Shown: piece by piece, positions 11,929 to 25,094 of the stretch
Layout of the letters: each line of letters opens with the position of its first letter
Numbering within the stretch: position 1 is the first letter of the stretch
DNA from: Raillietiella orientalis
Taxonomy: Eukaryota
DNA length: 64,000 bases
Direction: 5' to 3'
Assembly (NCBI GenBank): GCA_036172245.1
Contig: JAYWIR010000024.1
Location: forward strand, 682,001 to 746,000
Made by a program: the position numbers and the translations under genes
The notes under the pieces: model-generated
The model's input: the letters and a program-made list of their open reading frames with translations, nothing else
Told to the model about the DNA's origin: nothing
Databases searched by the model: none

Positions 11929-13756
11929 TACAGCTCAGTGGACCGCGTTTCTGTTGTTGGTGTTTGGTTTTGCTGGCAATCAGCAACGGGATCGCAAGGC
12001 TGAAATTGCAACCGGAATTTCAGCACACAAAACTCACACAGGGCTCAAACGCGCGCTTAATGACTTCGCACAAGGAGAGGGAGACACTTGGCCAGTGCAC
12101 CTGTCGAAAGTTTAGGGGCATTTCATTTAATTAATTGAGGAAGCCAGCAAGAAGAGATGAAAGTCTGTGCATTTGCACAGGCAGATGGGGAGAAAACGAT
12201 GCTTGTAAAGGAGTCGACAATCTAACGTTGCTAAAGAGGAGGAGAAACGCCCCAGAAATGAGGCAAGCATGGAAACCAAGTACGAAGGACCCAGAAGAAA
12301 TTGTTGGGGGCGCAAACTCATGATTGGCACACACACACACACACCCAGTAACTTTTCCATTCTTCGAAACAGACCTGGGGAAATGAGAAGAAACCTTAAC
12401 GGGACAACAAGACAACAGCTGAAGACAACTGTCCAATACATCTGGAATGAATGCGAAAGTGTGTGGTTGGCATTATCGTACTGGCTTTAAACAACTGCTT
12501 CAGCGCGTTCGCTGCCTACAGAACCAGTCCTTGCCAAACTGTCCCCATTTTCTTGTAACATTCAGTTGCTACAAATGGGGAAATTGTCCAGGTGTTTCCC
12601 CTCGGAAAGGAAATGACTTACGAATGCCAACATTTGAGTAAAACGATCACGATATATCCTCTCACATGTCTTTGAGAAATACTGGGAAAGTAAAAAAAAA
12701 CAAACAAACAAAAAAACGTCAATTTGGCAGTTCGCCTCATGCGATAGATACTCATAGATGGAAACCGACGTATGGAACGGTCACATCTACAACCCTAGAG
12801 TGGATGCACACTTTAACGAGGAAGATCTCGCTGAATTCCATGAGCATGGTTCGCCAGGCTGGGAACAAAAGCTACTGCTCTGCCACATAACGTGGACATC
12901 ACACTGGTTGTTTTCTCCCGCAATGTCACGACGGATGCTGTCGCTAAGGATACTCCGCACATGTGCTCAATCGGGACCCAATACAGGCAACAAGGAGACT
13001 GACTGAATGCTTTTATTGAAAAACTCAGATTGATTAACATCACCTTAAAAATCCCCCAAATGCATAGTAAAGCATAATTCAAGATATGTTCACACTTTTT
13101 GAAAATATTTGCATAAACAATGCTATATTGTATAATTTCTTGGATTAAAAAAAAGTTTTCAGAAAAGTAACACATGATGGATTACGATACGGGAAGTTTG
13201 TCAGAACACGCGGTAAAATGAAAAATTCGAAGAACAAATTGGGCAACGCTTTGGTCTAAGCACCGACAAATTTCCGATACACGTCCAAGGTGAAAAGTAC
13301 TGTGAATGGATACGAATAATAATAAATGCCAGGACAGACTTACAAATATAAGTAACCTTATTTCCAACTAAATTTGCATATTATACCGTAACAGTATTCA
13401 AATAAAAATTCGGTCTGATTATGCAACATGATATGTACCAATATAAAACCGATGTGTTCAATGGAAGTACATTTTTTCATTTGTGATATGTTACGTTAAA
13501 AGTAACGCAATGATTATGTGCTGCGATATTTTTACTTTTTTCATATACAAACACTTGCAAGGGAACATTACAGCATTTACATAAAGCATGACTCAACTGC
13601 ATCCACATAAAATTTAAATCTTGGAATATCACACCAAAAATCACAAATACTTCATAACACAAAGATAAACCTGTTTTTGCTATATATATTACATAGTTTG
13701 CAAATAAATAATCGCTGAATATGTATGTATGTATAATGTATGCATACATATCATTT

Positions 13757-16700
13757 CTATCTATCTTCTTCTACTTCCATTGCTCTGATGGCAGCATGCA
13801 AGTCATCTATAAAACTACTGTTTTTGTTTGTATGCATATATTCTTTACAATTAGTGAAATACTTGTTTGGGTTCTCCAACAAGTATTTAATAAGCACTTC
13901 TACTGAATTTCGAGTCAACCCCAAAAAAGTATTTTCAAAATACTTTTTAATATCTGACAGTTTATCGTTACTTTTGGAATCAAAAGTTTCCCACATTGAA
14001 TGATTCAAAGCACTGGCAGGTGAATCTTTTGAATTAAAAAGCAGGAAAGGCATTCGTGTGCACAGATTTTGAAAAACGGTGGATTCGGAGAAGTTCCTGT
14101 TGTATAATTTGCTTAGGTTTTCAGCAATAAATTTGGAAATATCATGCGCATAAGTGCTATTACTTAATGGAAGAAAGCTGTTGTACTGAGTTCTATCTTC
14201 TTGCTCTGTATTCTCCAGATATTTTCTTAATTTTGATTTTGCGATGGATAAATTGTGCGTATCCTTATCATTCGTTTCCTGAGATTTCAAAGGGCGTTTT
14301 CGTGGTCTAAGCAAATGTCTTTCCTTTACTTTATATTCAAGAGTTGAATGTGGAACCCCAAAATAGCTTCCAGCTCTATGCACAGTCATCTCACCATTTT
14401 GCACGGCCTGCACTGCTTTTGCTAAATTATCTCGATCATAGTTTCTGTATTTACCACGTTTAGGTCTGGAACCTTTACCAATTATTTTGACTCTTAAATT
14501 CGTATTCTTGATATTAAAATCTTTCAAATGAGGTTCCAACTCATTATTATTTGCATTTTTTCCAAATCTTTTAGAACCATCCAAATACATATGCAAATGA
14601 GGATCACATTCCTCATCAAAGGCCCAGTTTTCGCCATCACACCCTGATTCCAACTTCTGAAATGAATCACTTTTCTCCATGGCGAAATCACAGGCAATCA
14701 CAGATTTTGTTTCAAGACTAGAATTTTCTGTACAATTATCAGAAACACTTTTCACATCATTTTCTTTGCCTTCCTGAATAAGCAACGATGATTTGTAAGA
14801 AAATTTATAGGACGGAATTTTCAAAATCACATTTGATAAATAACAATCATTGTCATAATTAGCATTAATATGCTTACCAGTAAAAAGTTCACTTTTTGGT
14901 ACACTTTGGTAATTTTGCACATCACTTACATGACTTTCGAGTTCATCATATGCATTCACTGTCAAATTTTCACTAAACATCTTTCTAAGACGTTCTTTCA
15001 CAAGTTTCTTTAAGATATCTGAGAGCATGGATAAATTACCATATTCACAAGCAATCTGCTTTACTGGGATTAAATGCTGAGTTCGATTTAAAGCTATTTC
15101 AAGTAAATTATCGTACAAGTTTTTTAATAAACTACGAATTTTTGCATTCTGGAGATATGTACTTGGTTGATGATCTTCATCTTTCGTTATTACTTCCTCA
15201 CTCTGCTTTTTTTCTTCCAATCTATTTCTCAAACGTCTTTTGAAAGAATCTTCATTCTTCGATGCACGCTGTAAATATTTCCATGACTTCAGTTTTTTTT
15301 CACTTTTTCCCTTATTTGTATTATTGGAATTGATAGTTACAGATATCTGCTGCGAAAGTTTGTAAACTTTATTTCTAAGTGTTGATCTTGGAATTCCATA
15401 TATTACTGCAGCTCTTCGGGTGCCTAATTTACCACTCTGAATATCATTCAATGCAGCTTTTAATTCTTCACTAGTGTACCTCTTTTTCCCACTTGCTTCT
15501 CTCATCTTTCTCGTTTTTCTATGAAACAATATGAAATTAATTAAACTGTTTCAGCTATCATCATACTGCTTAAAACAACAAGCACAATGTAACCTTAGAA
15601 AAATTACTTCCAATACCCTAAAATGAAATTAACAAAAGGAAGAATTTGCTTAGATAAAAACAGAAATTTCAGAGTATCTTCAAATTTCTTATGTATATAT
15701 ACTGCTCCAATTTTACGAGTAGCAGCATAGATTCCGTATTTTTTTATTTCTTTCTTTATTTTCCACCACGTTTTTTTTTTTTTCTAGTTTTTGATGATAC
15801 CCATACAGTTTATGAAGGGCATGTGCATATTTGTAATGACAGCTAAGGATAAAAGTACTTTTATGACAATGCAAAGTTCGTGTTCACAAACAGAGATTGA
15901 ATTAATCTTGTCGAATTCATTGACAAAAAATTATATGTAAAACAAAAATTTCAAATTTACTTTTTAATTTTCTGATTCATTTTTTCTTAATTGAATTGAA
16001 TTGAATGCATAGATACTTAATGTTTGATTCGGAGATAACGATTTTTAAATACCTTATTTTTTCACATGAATTTTAATTTCCTGTTTTTTCACTTTATTCC
16101 TTTTTGCAATGATTAATAAAGCAAGCAAATAAACCAATACAATAATAAAGAGTGTACAGGAACCGGGTTTTAAAGAGATTCACGCATGTTAAAACATAAA
16201 TCTTCAATATAGGAAAACTGCAGCATATCACTGGGTGCAAAAACACAAACGAGTTTTAAGAAAGGAATTGGAGACTCACAACAGCATAAAAGTTCAAAGA
16301 CCAAATCACACAGAAGGCGAATACATTTACAAAATAGTAAATCAATTATATGCCTAATAATCACAAACATTTTATGCTAAATTCTGGGGCTGACCAAGCT
16401 CCGACATCACCTACTTAAGAAAATGAATGACCTGGGAAGATAATAACAGCTGCAATGGAATTTTAAAACAAATATGACTGATATGCTTCTTAAGTAATAA
16501 TGTGAAAACTGAAAAGCACAAATTTCTCATACTCATAAAGATCAATCATAGAATTAGTATAGATAAATGAAACAGAAGCACAGCACGGAACTAAATTCAT
16601 TCCTTAGCAATGCTGTTGTGAGTGTTTTGGAACATTGTGACAAAAATACTTGAAAAAGACTTACAGCACTGGGACAAATTTTACTGGCTCATTGTCAGCA

Positions 16701-19700
16701 AGAAATCTGCTGGTACTGTGCTCAGTTAAATTAGGAATACGAAGAATGCTATTCCCAGGATTTTCGGATTCATGTGATATGTTTATTCTTAGATCCAATG
16801 GCTGATCAGTGTCAGCCCAATCTACTTGTTTTTGAGACACTGATTCAAAAATATTTGAGGGATTTCTGTTTTCTTTCACACTTATAGATCTTTCTGTGCT
16901 TGCTAAAGTAGCAATATGATTTATCTCGAGAGACTCCTCTAATCCATTCTCCTGATATGTACTGGGAATCTGAATCAAAAGTTATCAATCAATGGCTATA
17001 CCAATTTTAAACGCAGGCATTTCAAAATTTAATTAAGTCTCATTAATAACAAAATTCAAAATTCATAGCAGTAAATGAATCTTTTAGTTTTCCTTTCAAA
17101 TGAACCATCATTAATCCAATAATGATTGTGGATCCACTTACAGAAACATTCATCAAAGGTTACTAAGTCATACCATTCCGGGATAGAATCTAATTAAGCA
17201 TGGAATGAAATTAAATCATACATTTCTTGTTAAGGATTTATGCTCCTTTTTTCACAAGAAATGGTGTGTTTCACAGTAATCAACGAATAATCATTACAAA
17301 TTCATGAAGACTTACAACACAGTCAAAAAGTTAAGATCAATGGTAAAAAAAGTTTCATTATGCCAATGCATTCAATCAAAAATTCAGATTTACACATTCC
17401 TTACGTAAGAAAGATATGATAGAATTAAAATGACGAAATCCGGTGTTTTTTTAACTAGAATAATGTGATTCAAAATTATTTTCTTAATTAATTTAAAGAA
17501 TTTATATTCTACTATTATTATACTGATCAGCACTTTTATACTTTATTCTGTAGGAAACCCTCATGCAAGCATTTCATTACTTCTTATCTTGTATGATCTG
17601 CACATGAAAATTTTCAAGGCACTATGTTAACTTTAAGAGGTCCTACATTCATCGCTTATGAATGAGAATGAAAACATTTCATTGTATTACACACATTATT
17701 ACACTAAGTTAAAGAGCTTTTCAATTCATTTAATTAGCAGAATTCAATTTTAAGATCTCAGATGATGAAGAAAAAGAGTGAGAATGATGGTTTCAAGATA
17801 GTTAATAAATGGTCAATTAGTGTTCTAAAATCAAAACCCAAATCATAATAACAGGAGAAATAATTTTTGAAAACTGCTAAATAAATCCAAACTAAAAGAA
17901 AACTAATTTTCGTTTTTAATTTGTTTTAAGGTCATGAAAAACACACGATTTAAGTGTACCCTGCTTTAATTTCCCTGACATGACTACAATAAAACAAAAC
18001 TTAGTTAACAAGGAGCAAAGAACTGGAATTTATTGAATGGCAGAACTTTATTGTGTCAAAGGCAAGAGTCCACAAATTGATACACCTTAATACACTGACA
18101 TGCCTCCTATGAATAACATCATAGCACTGACCAAAAGTTCATGCCAATATGTATGTAGAAACAGAACCATGTTCCACAAAAACAGCAAAGGTGCATTTAA
18201 ACTAAGGAAATGTAGTAATCCTGAAGAACACACTCAAAAACACATTCTTAAAAATACAAGGTGCTGGGCTCCCAAAGATCAGAACACTTGTGATGAAAAA
18301 GGAAACAGGTATAAGCAGACCATGAAAGGATAAGAAAACATCAAATACTGAAGATAAACCAAATAATCTTAAGAACCATCAAAGAACAAACATAAATACG
18401 ATGATTTTAAATAACCATTACAAAAATGTAACACAGACAAATTAGCAAAAAAATCAATAAACAGTAATGGCATAGACATTTAAAAAGGATCAGTGCAAAG
18501 TTTTAATTCTTTGACGAATCAAATGCTAATGCCCTAAGTCTAAATAACCAGCATTTGCATTCTGATGGCTGATGAAGAATTATTTCACAAATTATCAAAA
18601 TAATAATTCATATATGGTTCCTCTCTAAATACAGTTCATAATTTTCATCACAAGTTGATTTGTTTTACTAATGTGAAATCCATTATTCAATTGAACAAGA
18701 TCCTTCCCATTCTGGGACTGAAAAATAATCTAGCAAATATTGTAGTGAAAACCTAAACTCATGCATCATAAAAAGTACAGTTACTTCCTAGGAAATTTCA
18801 AATAAGGATTTTCATACATCTTTCTACAATTTGTAGCTACAGATTGGTGGACATGTTTGAGAAGTAAACATGCAGTAGAATATGTTGAACATTTCGACAC
18901 TTTCATTATATGGTTAGCAAGTGATCTAAAATACTCTTAATCGAGAAAATCAGAAACCTAGAAACAAACTCCCACCAACACCTTGTTTGGATATCAAAAC
19001 GTTACAATGACATGAACATGTACTCAATGAAGGAACCCATTTTAACATCATACACTGAAACACAATGCACACCCATTTTAACATCATACACTGAAACACA
19101 ATGCACAGAAAGGTTTATTCATGTAACACAATCATGTTAAAAGAAGAGGCGAAATACATACCGAAAACAGTATTAAAATGAACATTGAATCGGTGATGCA
19201 AAACATGTGTCACAGTAAGTCACACAGCATAAAGAAAAATGCAAACTGGTATTATAAATATACATAAGTTTACCACTTTGATCAACAAATTGTAATCATC
19301 GATAACCATTACACCAATTTCCTTTCAAAGTGGAGAAATTAAACATTCACCAGTTATTATCAAACTTAAAGTCGAAACTTTGATAGTACTTTCATTCCCA
19401 AATGCACATTTGCGAGAAGTGCTTACATCTCCATGATGTATGGAAGATACTACTACTATTTCTTTCAAATTTTTTGTTTGAAACACTCTTTTGTATGCAT
19501 ACAAATTCGAATCCCTGCAGGATTGAAAAACTGTAACCTCATTTACTGTACACACATTTAACCACAAACAGCTAACAAGTTTATGAGGTGCACTCAGAAG
19601 AAAAATGTGATATTAAATGGATGCTGTTCATAAAATCTCCTACCTCTAAATCTGAACCTGAATTGCAGAACCAGCATTCTAAAAATGGCTTGAAATCTTC

Positions 19701-20282
19701 AGAGGACTGATCATTTTCACTGACATAACAAGCACCATACAATAACTTTTGAAGTTTATTCCATCGCACTTGTCCCAACAGCTGGTTGCAAATTGCTTCA
19801 ATGCCTAAAATATAAGTAATTTTTTTTTTGAAAAAAAATAACTGCATCTCAGGCGCCAAACGTCACATTCACTACTTTATAACGCACCCCGATTTTCGTT
19901 TATTCCACTGGCAAGTGTCTATGAATGTTACGAAAATCCATCAAAATTCACGATAAATACATTCTCCACTGATTTCTTCCATTCCGGAAGTTCAAAACAC
20001 CCGACCCGAGCAACACTTATATAGTAAAAGACTCGAACATTATCGTCCAAAGATCTTATATGCCACCTGTAACTATCCTTTCAAAAATTCTACCTTCCTT
20101 CCTTTTTTTTTTTTTTTTTCTTTATGAAACCATACTGTATACCCAATAATGCTCAATATTCATAATTTGATACATGAAAATTACAAACCAATTAATTGTA
20201 ATGTGGTTTTCTCTAATTTATGCAGTTCCTTTCTCAGTAGTTGTTTTTCGTGTTTACACTGCAGGTGCAGCGCTTCAGCCAT
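13757..20282 (-). CDS. Eip93F: E93/Mblk-1/LCoR-family transcription factor with two pipsqueak HTH domains; exons 20282-20189, 19804-19644, 16969-16665, 15518-13757 (773 aa)
   Basis: Psq domains RYTSEELKAAL...GTRRAAVIYGIPRSTLRNK and RPKRGKYRNYDRDNL...GVPHSTLEYKVKERHL. CtBP motif PLDLR. E93-type N-terminus MAEALHLQCKHEKQLLRKEL...IGIEAICNQLLGQVRW...CWFC. All introns are GT-AG and phase-compatible; extra exons cannot be excluded. Confidence 0.92.
19035..19106. repeat. Perfect 36-bp tandem duplication in an E93 intron
   Basis: acccattttaacatcatacactgaaacacaatgcac occurs twice in tandem. Confidence 0.95.
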
Positions 20283-21499
20283 TTTAGGACAAGTACTTCC
20301 ATGCAACTAGGAAGGAATAAGACTCCAAACCACGTTTCATCTGTAGCAGCAACATATGCTGCGCTTTACTATTGCAGCAGATCGTACGTTTACGATTCGG
20401 GATATTCCGACGGATCTCTGGAAGATCTGTGTAAGCGTGCCCACACACTTCACGGCATCGTCGTCGTCATCAACAATGCGGGGGATGCTTCTGCAGGCAC
20501 GGGGTAGCAAAAACCAAAGGCGACGCTGCAAATCATTGGGATTCAGGTGGTTTGGGGCAAGGGAAGACTATCCTAGGGGAACCTTCTTCTTCTTCTTCTC
20601 CCCCCCCACTCCCCCTTAGGAATCGGTCGTGTCGAATCGTGGAAGTCGACAAGCGGACTAAGCTAACGGGAAAAACGAGTAATTAGAAACAAAATCTGTT
20701 ACGAGCTAAAGAGTAATTGAAATGCGAATGGAAATTTCTGAATGCACGCACAGAGTTAGGGAAGCAATCGCGTTTGCACTGCACAGCGGAGTCCAAATTA
20801 ATACATGCCATTTTGATTGCCATGGTAAAATTCTCCTGATAAGATGGGGGGGGGAAATCGCACACAGGAGAAAAAACAAACGTGGAAAATTTATTCGGTG
20901 GATGGTGTGGGAACGCTTATTTTAAAAGGAAGAACTTCGGGAAAGTGTAGACACAAATGTTTGAGGTTCTTAGGGGCCTGGCCTAGAATCAGAATCCGAG
21001 CGAAAATTGCACTCTTGATTACATAGAAAATTGCGGTGATAAAAATTAAGGACAAGCGGTGTCCTTCAATCAATCGTTGTCCCCGTCTATCGACAGTGTG
21101 GTCCCCTCTTCGTTTTCGAAAAATGTGCCAAACTGAATTCAAATTCCTTTCAGCAATTCGTGCGCCACGTTTTGTTTATTGTGTATTTAGATTTGTATAA
21201 ACGTATATATTGATATTGAAGACAAATGGCTAAATCATCGTTGCCTCAGTTTTTTTTTTGGGGGGGGGGGGGGGAGAAGACTAAAAAAAAATAGCTGCTT
21301 TCAATATTTACATACCAATGAATCATTTTTTTCAATTTAAATTTCTCAAGATTCTCAGAAACAGCTGAGTGATGACTGTAGCAGCAAACCATCAAATGCA
21401 CTTACAATTTACCAAATACGCTTAGCGAACGCGTTTTTCAAAACATTCTTTCTTTTAGAATTCTCTGCAAAAATTACTAATGATTTACTGAGCGTGAGT

Positions 21500-24400
21500 A
21501 AGCATCACCGTCACCAGGTTTCACGGAACCCATGATGTTGGAACAGAACATCGAAGAACGAGCAGCAACAACCACAAGTAAGGTTCTCATCTCGTAGCAA
21601 CAGTGGCCGTGTCCTTGCCACTCGGAACGTCCATCACAACCACGTAATGTGGAGCAATCCTTTACATTCGTTTATGTTTTCAGTTTTCCAGCCGACGATC
21701 ACACTGGCCGGAAAATTGAAAATATGAACACTCTCATGAGGAGAGTTGGTCCAGAAGTGACCACAGTCACGTTACCCATGAGCTCCCTCACCAACAACGC
21801 GGTGCAGGACATTTATCATGCAATCCAAGAAAAGACAAACTTGAAAACATCAAGGCGATAGTCTCGTTGGCCGGATTTTCCATCTACACGGACAGTCAGA
21901 ATGCCATTCTCCGTCGAAAACGCGCTCTTTGTCAACGATGGGATCCTCCGTCGAATCCCTGAAAAGACCGCAATCACCGTCTACTTCGCGGAGAGGTTTG
22001 CGGGCCAGCAAGCCATCTGGCATGCTTCTTCCAGCACGGAAAAGTGATCAAGTTTCGTGGTAAGGATCGCCGTTACCGAGTTTGCTCGAGGCAGGTCCTC
22101 CTGAAGGAGAAGGGGACCAAGATCTCCAACCTTGTCGAAATCGATACGTACTCTCAGAAAGTGCAAGTATTGTATAAGCAGCAGCTCGAATTCTTCAATA
22201 GCTGCATAGCTATATGAGGGCTGCTTGACTTTTCGTCAACAGGAACTCATTGCACAGTCCCGCAGTGTGACCTTCGGAACGCTGCAAGAAATCCGATAAG
22301 CAAGGGCGTATGGAGGAGGTCTGCACACAGTCGAAGAGCAGCAGCTTCTGCAAAGCAGCAAATCACATCAGGTCCGGCTGCTCCGCCTTCAGGAAATGGC
22401 TCGAGTTTCGAGGGAACCCGGAACCTTCACCAGCATCTCCCCAGTCCCAGCTCAAGCTCAGAAAGCCCAGGAACGAATCGTGGCAAGACACAGGCTTAAC
22501 TCCATGAACAGTAAAAACAATAGGGAATCGAGCGAGTACTTTAACCTCTACACTACTAACAAGCTGCAGAGGGACATTCCTGCAGCCCAGGACGAGCCAC
22601 AAAAAGGGCAAGTCGCGCAAGAAGTTACAGAAATTGTTAAAATTAGGGTGCAACCTCTCGCGTGACATCTCAGGGATCATGTAGAGAGGATCGTCTGTGA
22701 AGCGTGCCGGGAGGTCCACGAGCTTCCGTCCCTCTTCGTGCACTCAGAACAGTGGCATAAACTGTATCTGGATGAAAGTGTGGAAAAGACCATCGGGATG
22801 CTTGAAAAGAAGAATCTAGCCACAGGCACCTTCTGCATCTATCACCAAGAACTGGACTGCTGGATCTTGGAGCAAGTGGTGGAGGCATTCCATCATTATT
22901 ACGCTGAGCTGTTTCAGAAGAGACCACCCGGTGAGGCATAGACGACTCAATGAGCAAGTCCTCCCGCATATCCGGAAGAGATCCGACTCCGCGCAGCAAC
23001 AAGCCTTAGAAGCCGATTTTACGCTCAGATAGGCTTTCCTGAAACTCTGCAAGGACGTGATGTCACGGTCCGATGGCGAGTCCGTTAGCTACCATCAAGG
23101 GTGCTTGGAAGTCCACTTGAATCTCTTCCGTCGGCTGCTCACCAGAGTCCGAGAAAAAGGAAAACGGTCTGAGTTTTCAATTGGAGCAGGATAAGACTCA
23201 TTTCCGAAGTCAGTCACCCAGTATAGACCCGTCTCAGTCCTGAACTCTGATGCTAAGTGAATGGTGAAGATCTGGGAACCGACTTGCGAAATGCATAGAA
23301 TCGACGGCTTCTCCCAACCAGACATTTGCCGTCTCAGGAAGACACATATAGGGGAATGTCAAATGTAACCAAGCCCTTCCTAAAATTCTATGGGATCCTA
23401 GATGACGACCTGGTGCTGGACCCCACTGATATCGGAAAGGTTTTTGACTTGGTTAACCACACGGTGCTTTTCAGGATCCTGCTGAAAATGAGCTTCCTAT
23501 GGAAATTCATGGAAGTTACCCTTAAAGAGGTGATTATTCGTCAGTGGTCAGCCGTCACTGCGACAGAAGACATAAAAATGGAAAGAGGGATCCTCTAAGG
23601 AGATGTCGTTAGCCCTGTGCTCACTGCTTTTTACAAATAGCAGTGGCATCTTATGTCACAAAGGGCAGCCATCTCTAAACGGTCTCCTGCTGGAAGGGAG
23701 GGAAGACCATCGTCCATCTGGTATACGCTGACGCTCTCCTCTTCGCATTCGCTAATGAGGAAGATCAGAAGGAGTTTTTATCCATCGCTTTAGTCATGAA
23801 AGAAGAACTTGGATTGGAGATGAACTCGGATAAATTCGGAGTTCTTGCATTTGGAATACTCGATTTTACTATCCTGGATACTCATGGGTTCAGAATAGTG
23901 GATGACCGAGTACCTGGGCGTTCTTTTTGGAGATGAACAGTTGTTAGCATCCTAATGGAAGTAAATCGCCCGAAAGGTTGCGGAGGAACCCATTGAATAC
24001 AGAGTGGATGAGCTTCTTCATGAAAGAGAATGCCAGCCGATGGAACGGAGTGTCTGCACCCAAGTTTCTGCGCGAGGCGGACGTCTACCGAGCACTGGAA
24101 TAAGGTGGGCAAACATCTGTCCAAAGAGCGACCATATGGAAGGACCGCAAGCCAAACTAAAATCCCTCAGTCGTCCGAAGGCTCAAGGCGGCACCGGTAT
24201 GCGCAACATCGTATATGACACCGAACTCCAGTATGCACGGCAATTAATGCGGCACATTAACGTCTGGGATGAATAGCCGTACGTGTTCCTTCGAGTTTAC
24301 GCAAGATGTCTCAATGGGACGAGAGGTGTGTCTGTATGTCAGTCCCGGAGAATCAGGACAGTGGAGGAAGATCTATGTGACCTGCTCGAGCAGCATACAC

Positions 24401-25090
24401 TTCGTCGGCAGTGCTGGATTACAAGTTGTTTCCAAGATGAGGACAATGTGGAAACAAAGAGCTGGTCATGGTGGCACAGATGGGTACCCCTTTCGTAAGC
24501 GTCCCTTACATCCAAAAATGCTCTAGAGGAGACCGAGCAATACTGTGCACACTTCTCGACTCAAGAAGCGAGAATGTTTCCAAAACAAGAACCAGGCCCA
24601 GCATGAGATCAACCCTTGCAGGCCATTCCAGAATCGAGCAGGAGCTGCATTCTCTCAGGAAGATGCCCATGAAGAATATGCGAAGCTACTGGGAGTCTGG
24701 CTCACCCATCCGGAAGCAGCGAAGCAACTACGTTCTTTCCTTCGTGGCTTTGCACTCACCATTCTGCAGAACTGAGACCACTTCAAGGACTCGGTCGGCA
24801 GTTTCGTGCCCGGTGTCCACCGCACCTCCTGACGCCAGGCTAGGACGAAAGCATGGGGAACAACCGTGCTTTTCACAGGCGTGAATCCGCAGCATACTCC
24901 CAAATGTGTGCAGGCTGGCCCAATACAGCGCCAAGATCGAACGATAGTCTGGCAATCCGAGGAGCCATGTGAGCCGGACGAGCAGGGCCTGGAACGTTCG
25001 ACTTCAGCAGGAACAAAGAAAGAAAGCCGTCCGCGGTTTTTACTCCTTTCTGTACACAGAGGCAACCGTGGTTTGGCACCCGGTTACGCC
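21500..25090 (+). mobile_element. Decayed L1/Tx1-like non-LTR retrotransposon (ORF1 remnant plus RT), 3' end cut by an opposing element
   Basis: RT motifs in order: YRPVSVLNSDAK (23222), DIGKVFDLVNH (~23430), RGIL*GD..SP (~23585), LVYADA (~23720), then PKAQGGTG (~24175). Many stops and frameshifts. No APE domain was recognised. Confidence 0.8.
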
Positions 25091-25094
25091 AGAG

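Noticed and set aside
12400..13000. Possible APE endonuclease remnants (VCGWH, HIYNP)
   Set aside because: No GDFN or SDH motif was found; too degenerate to call.
19035..19106. Direct repeats here and at 58555-58654 as CRISPR-like arrays
   Set aside because: Only two adjacent units, no spacers, and a eukaryotic context.
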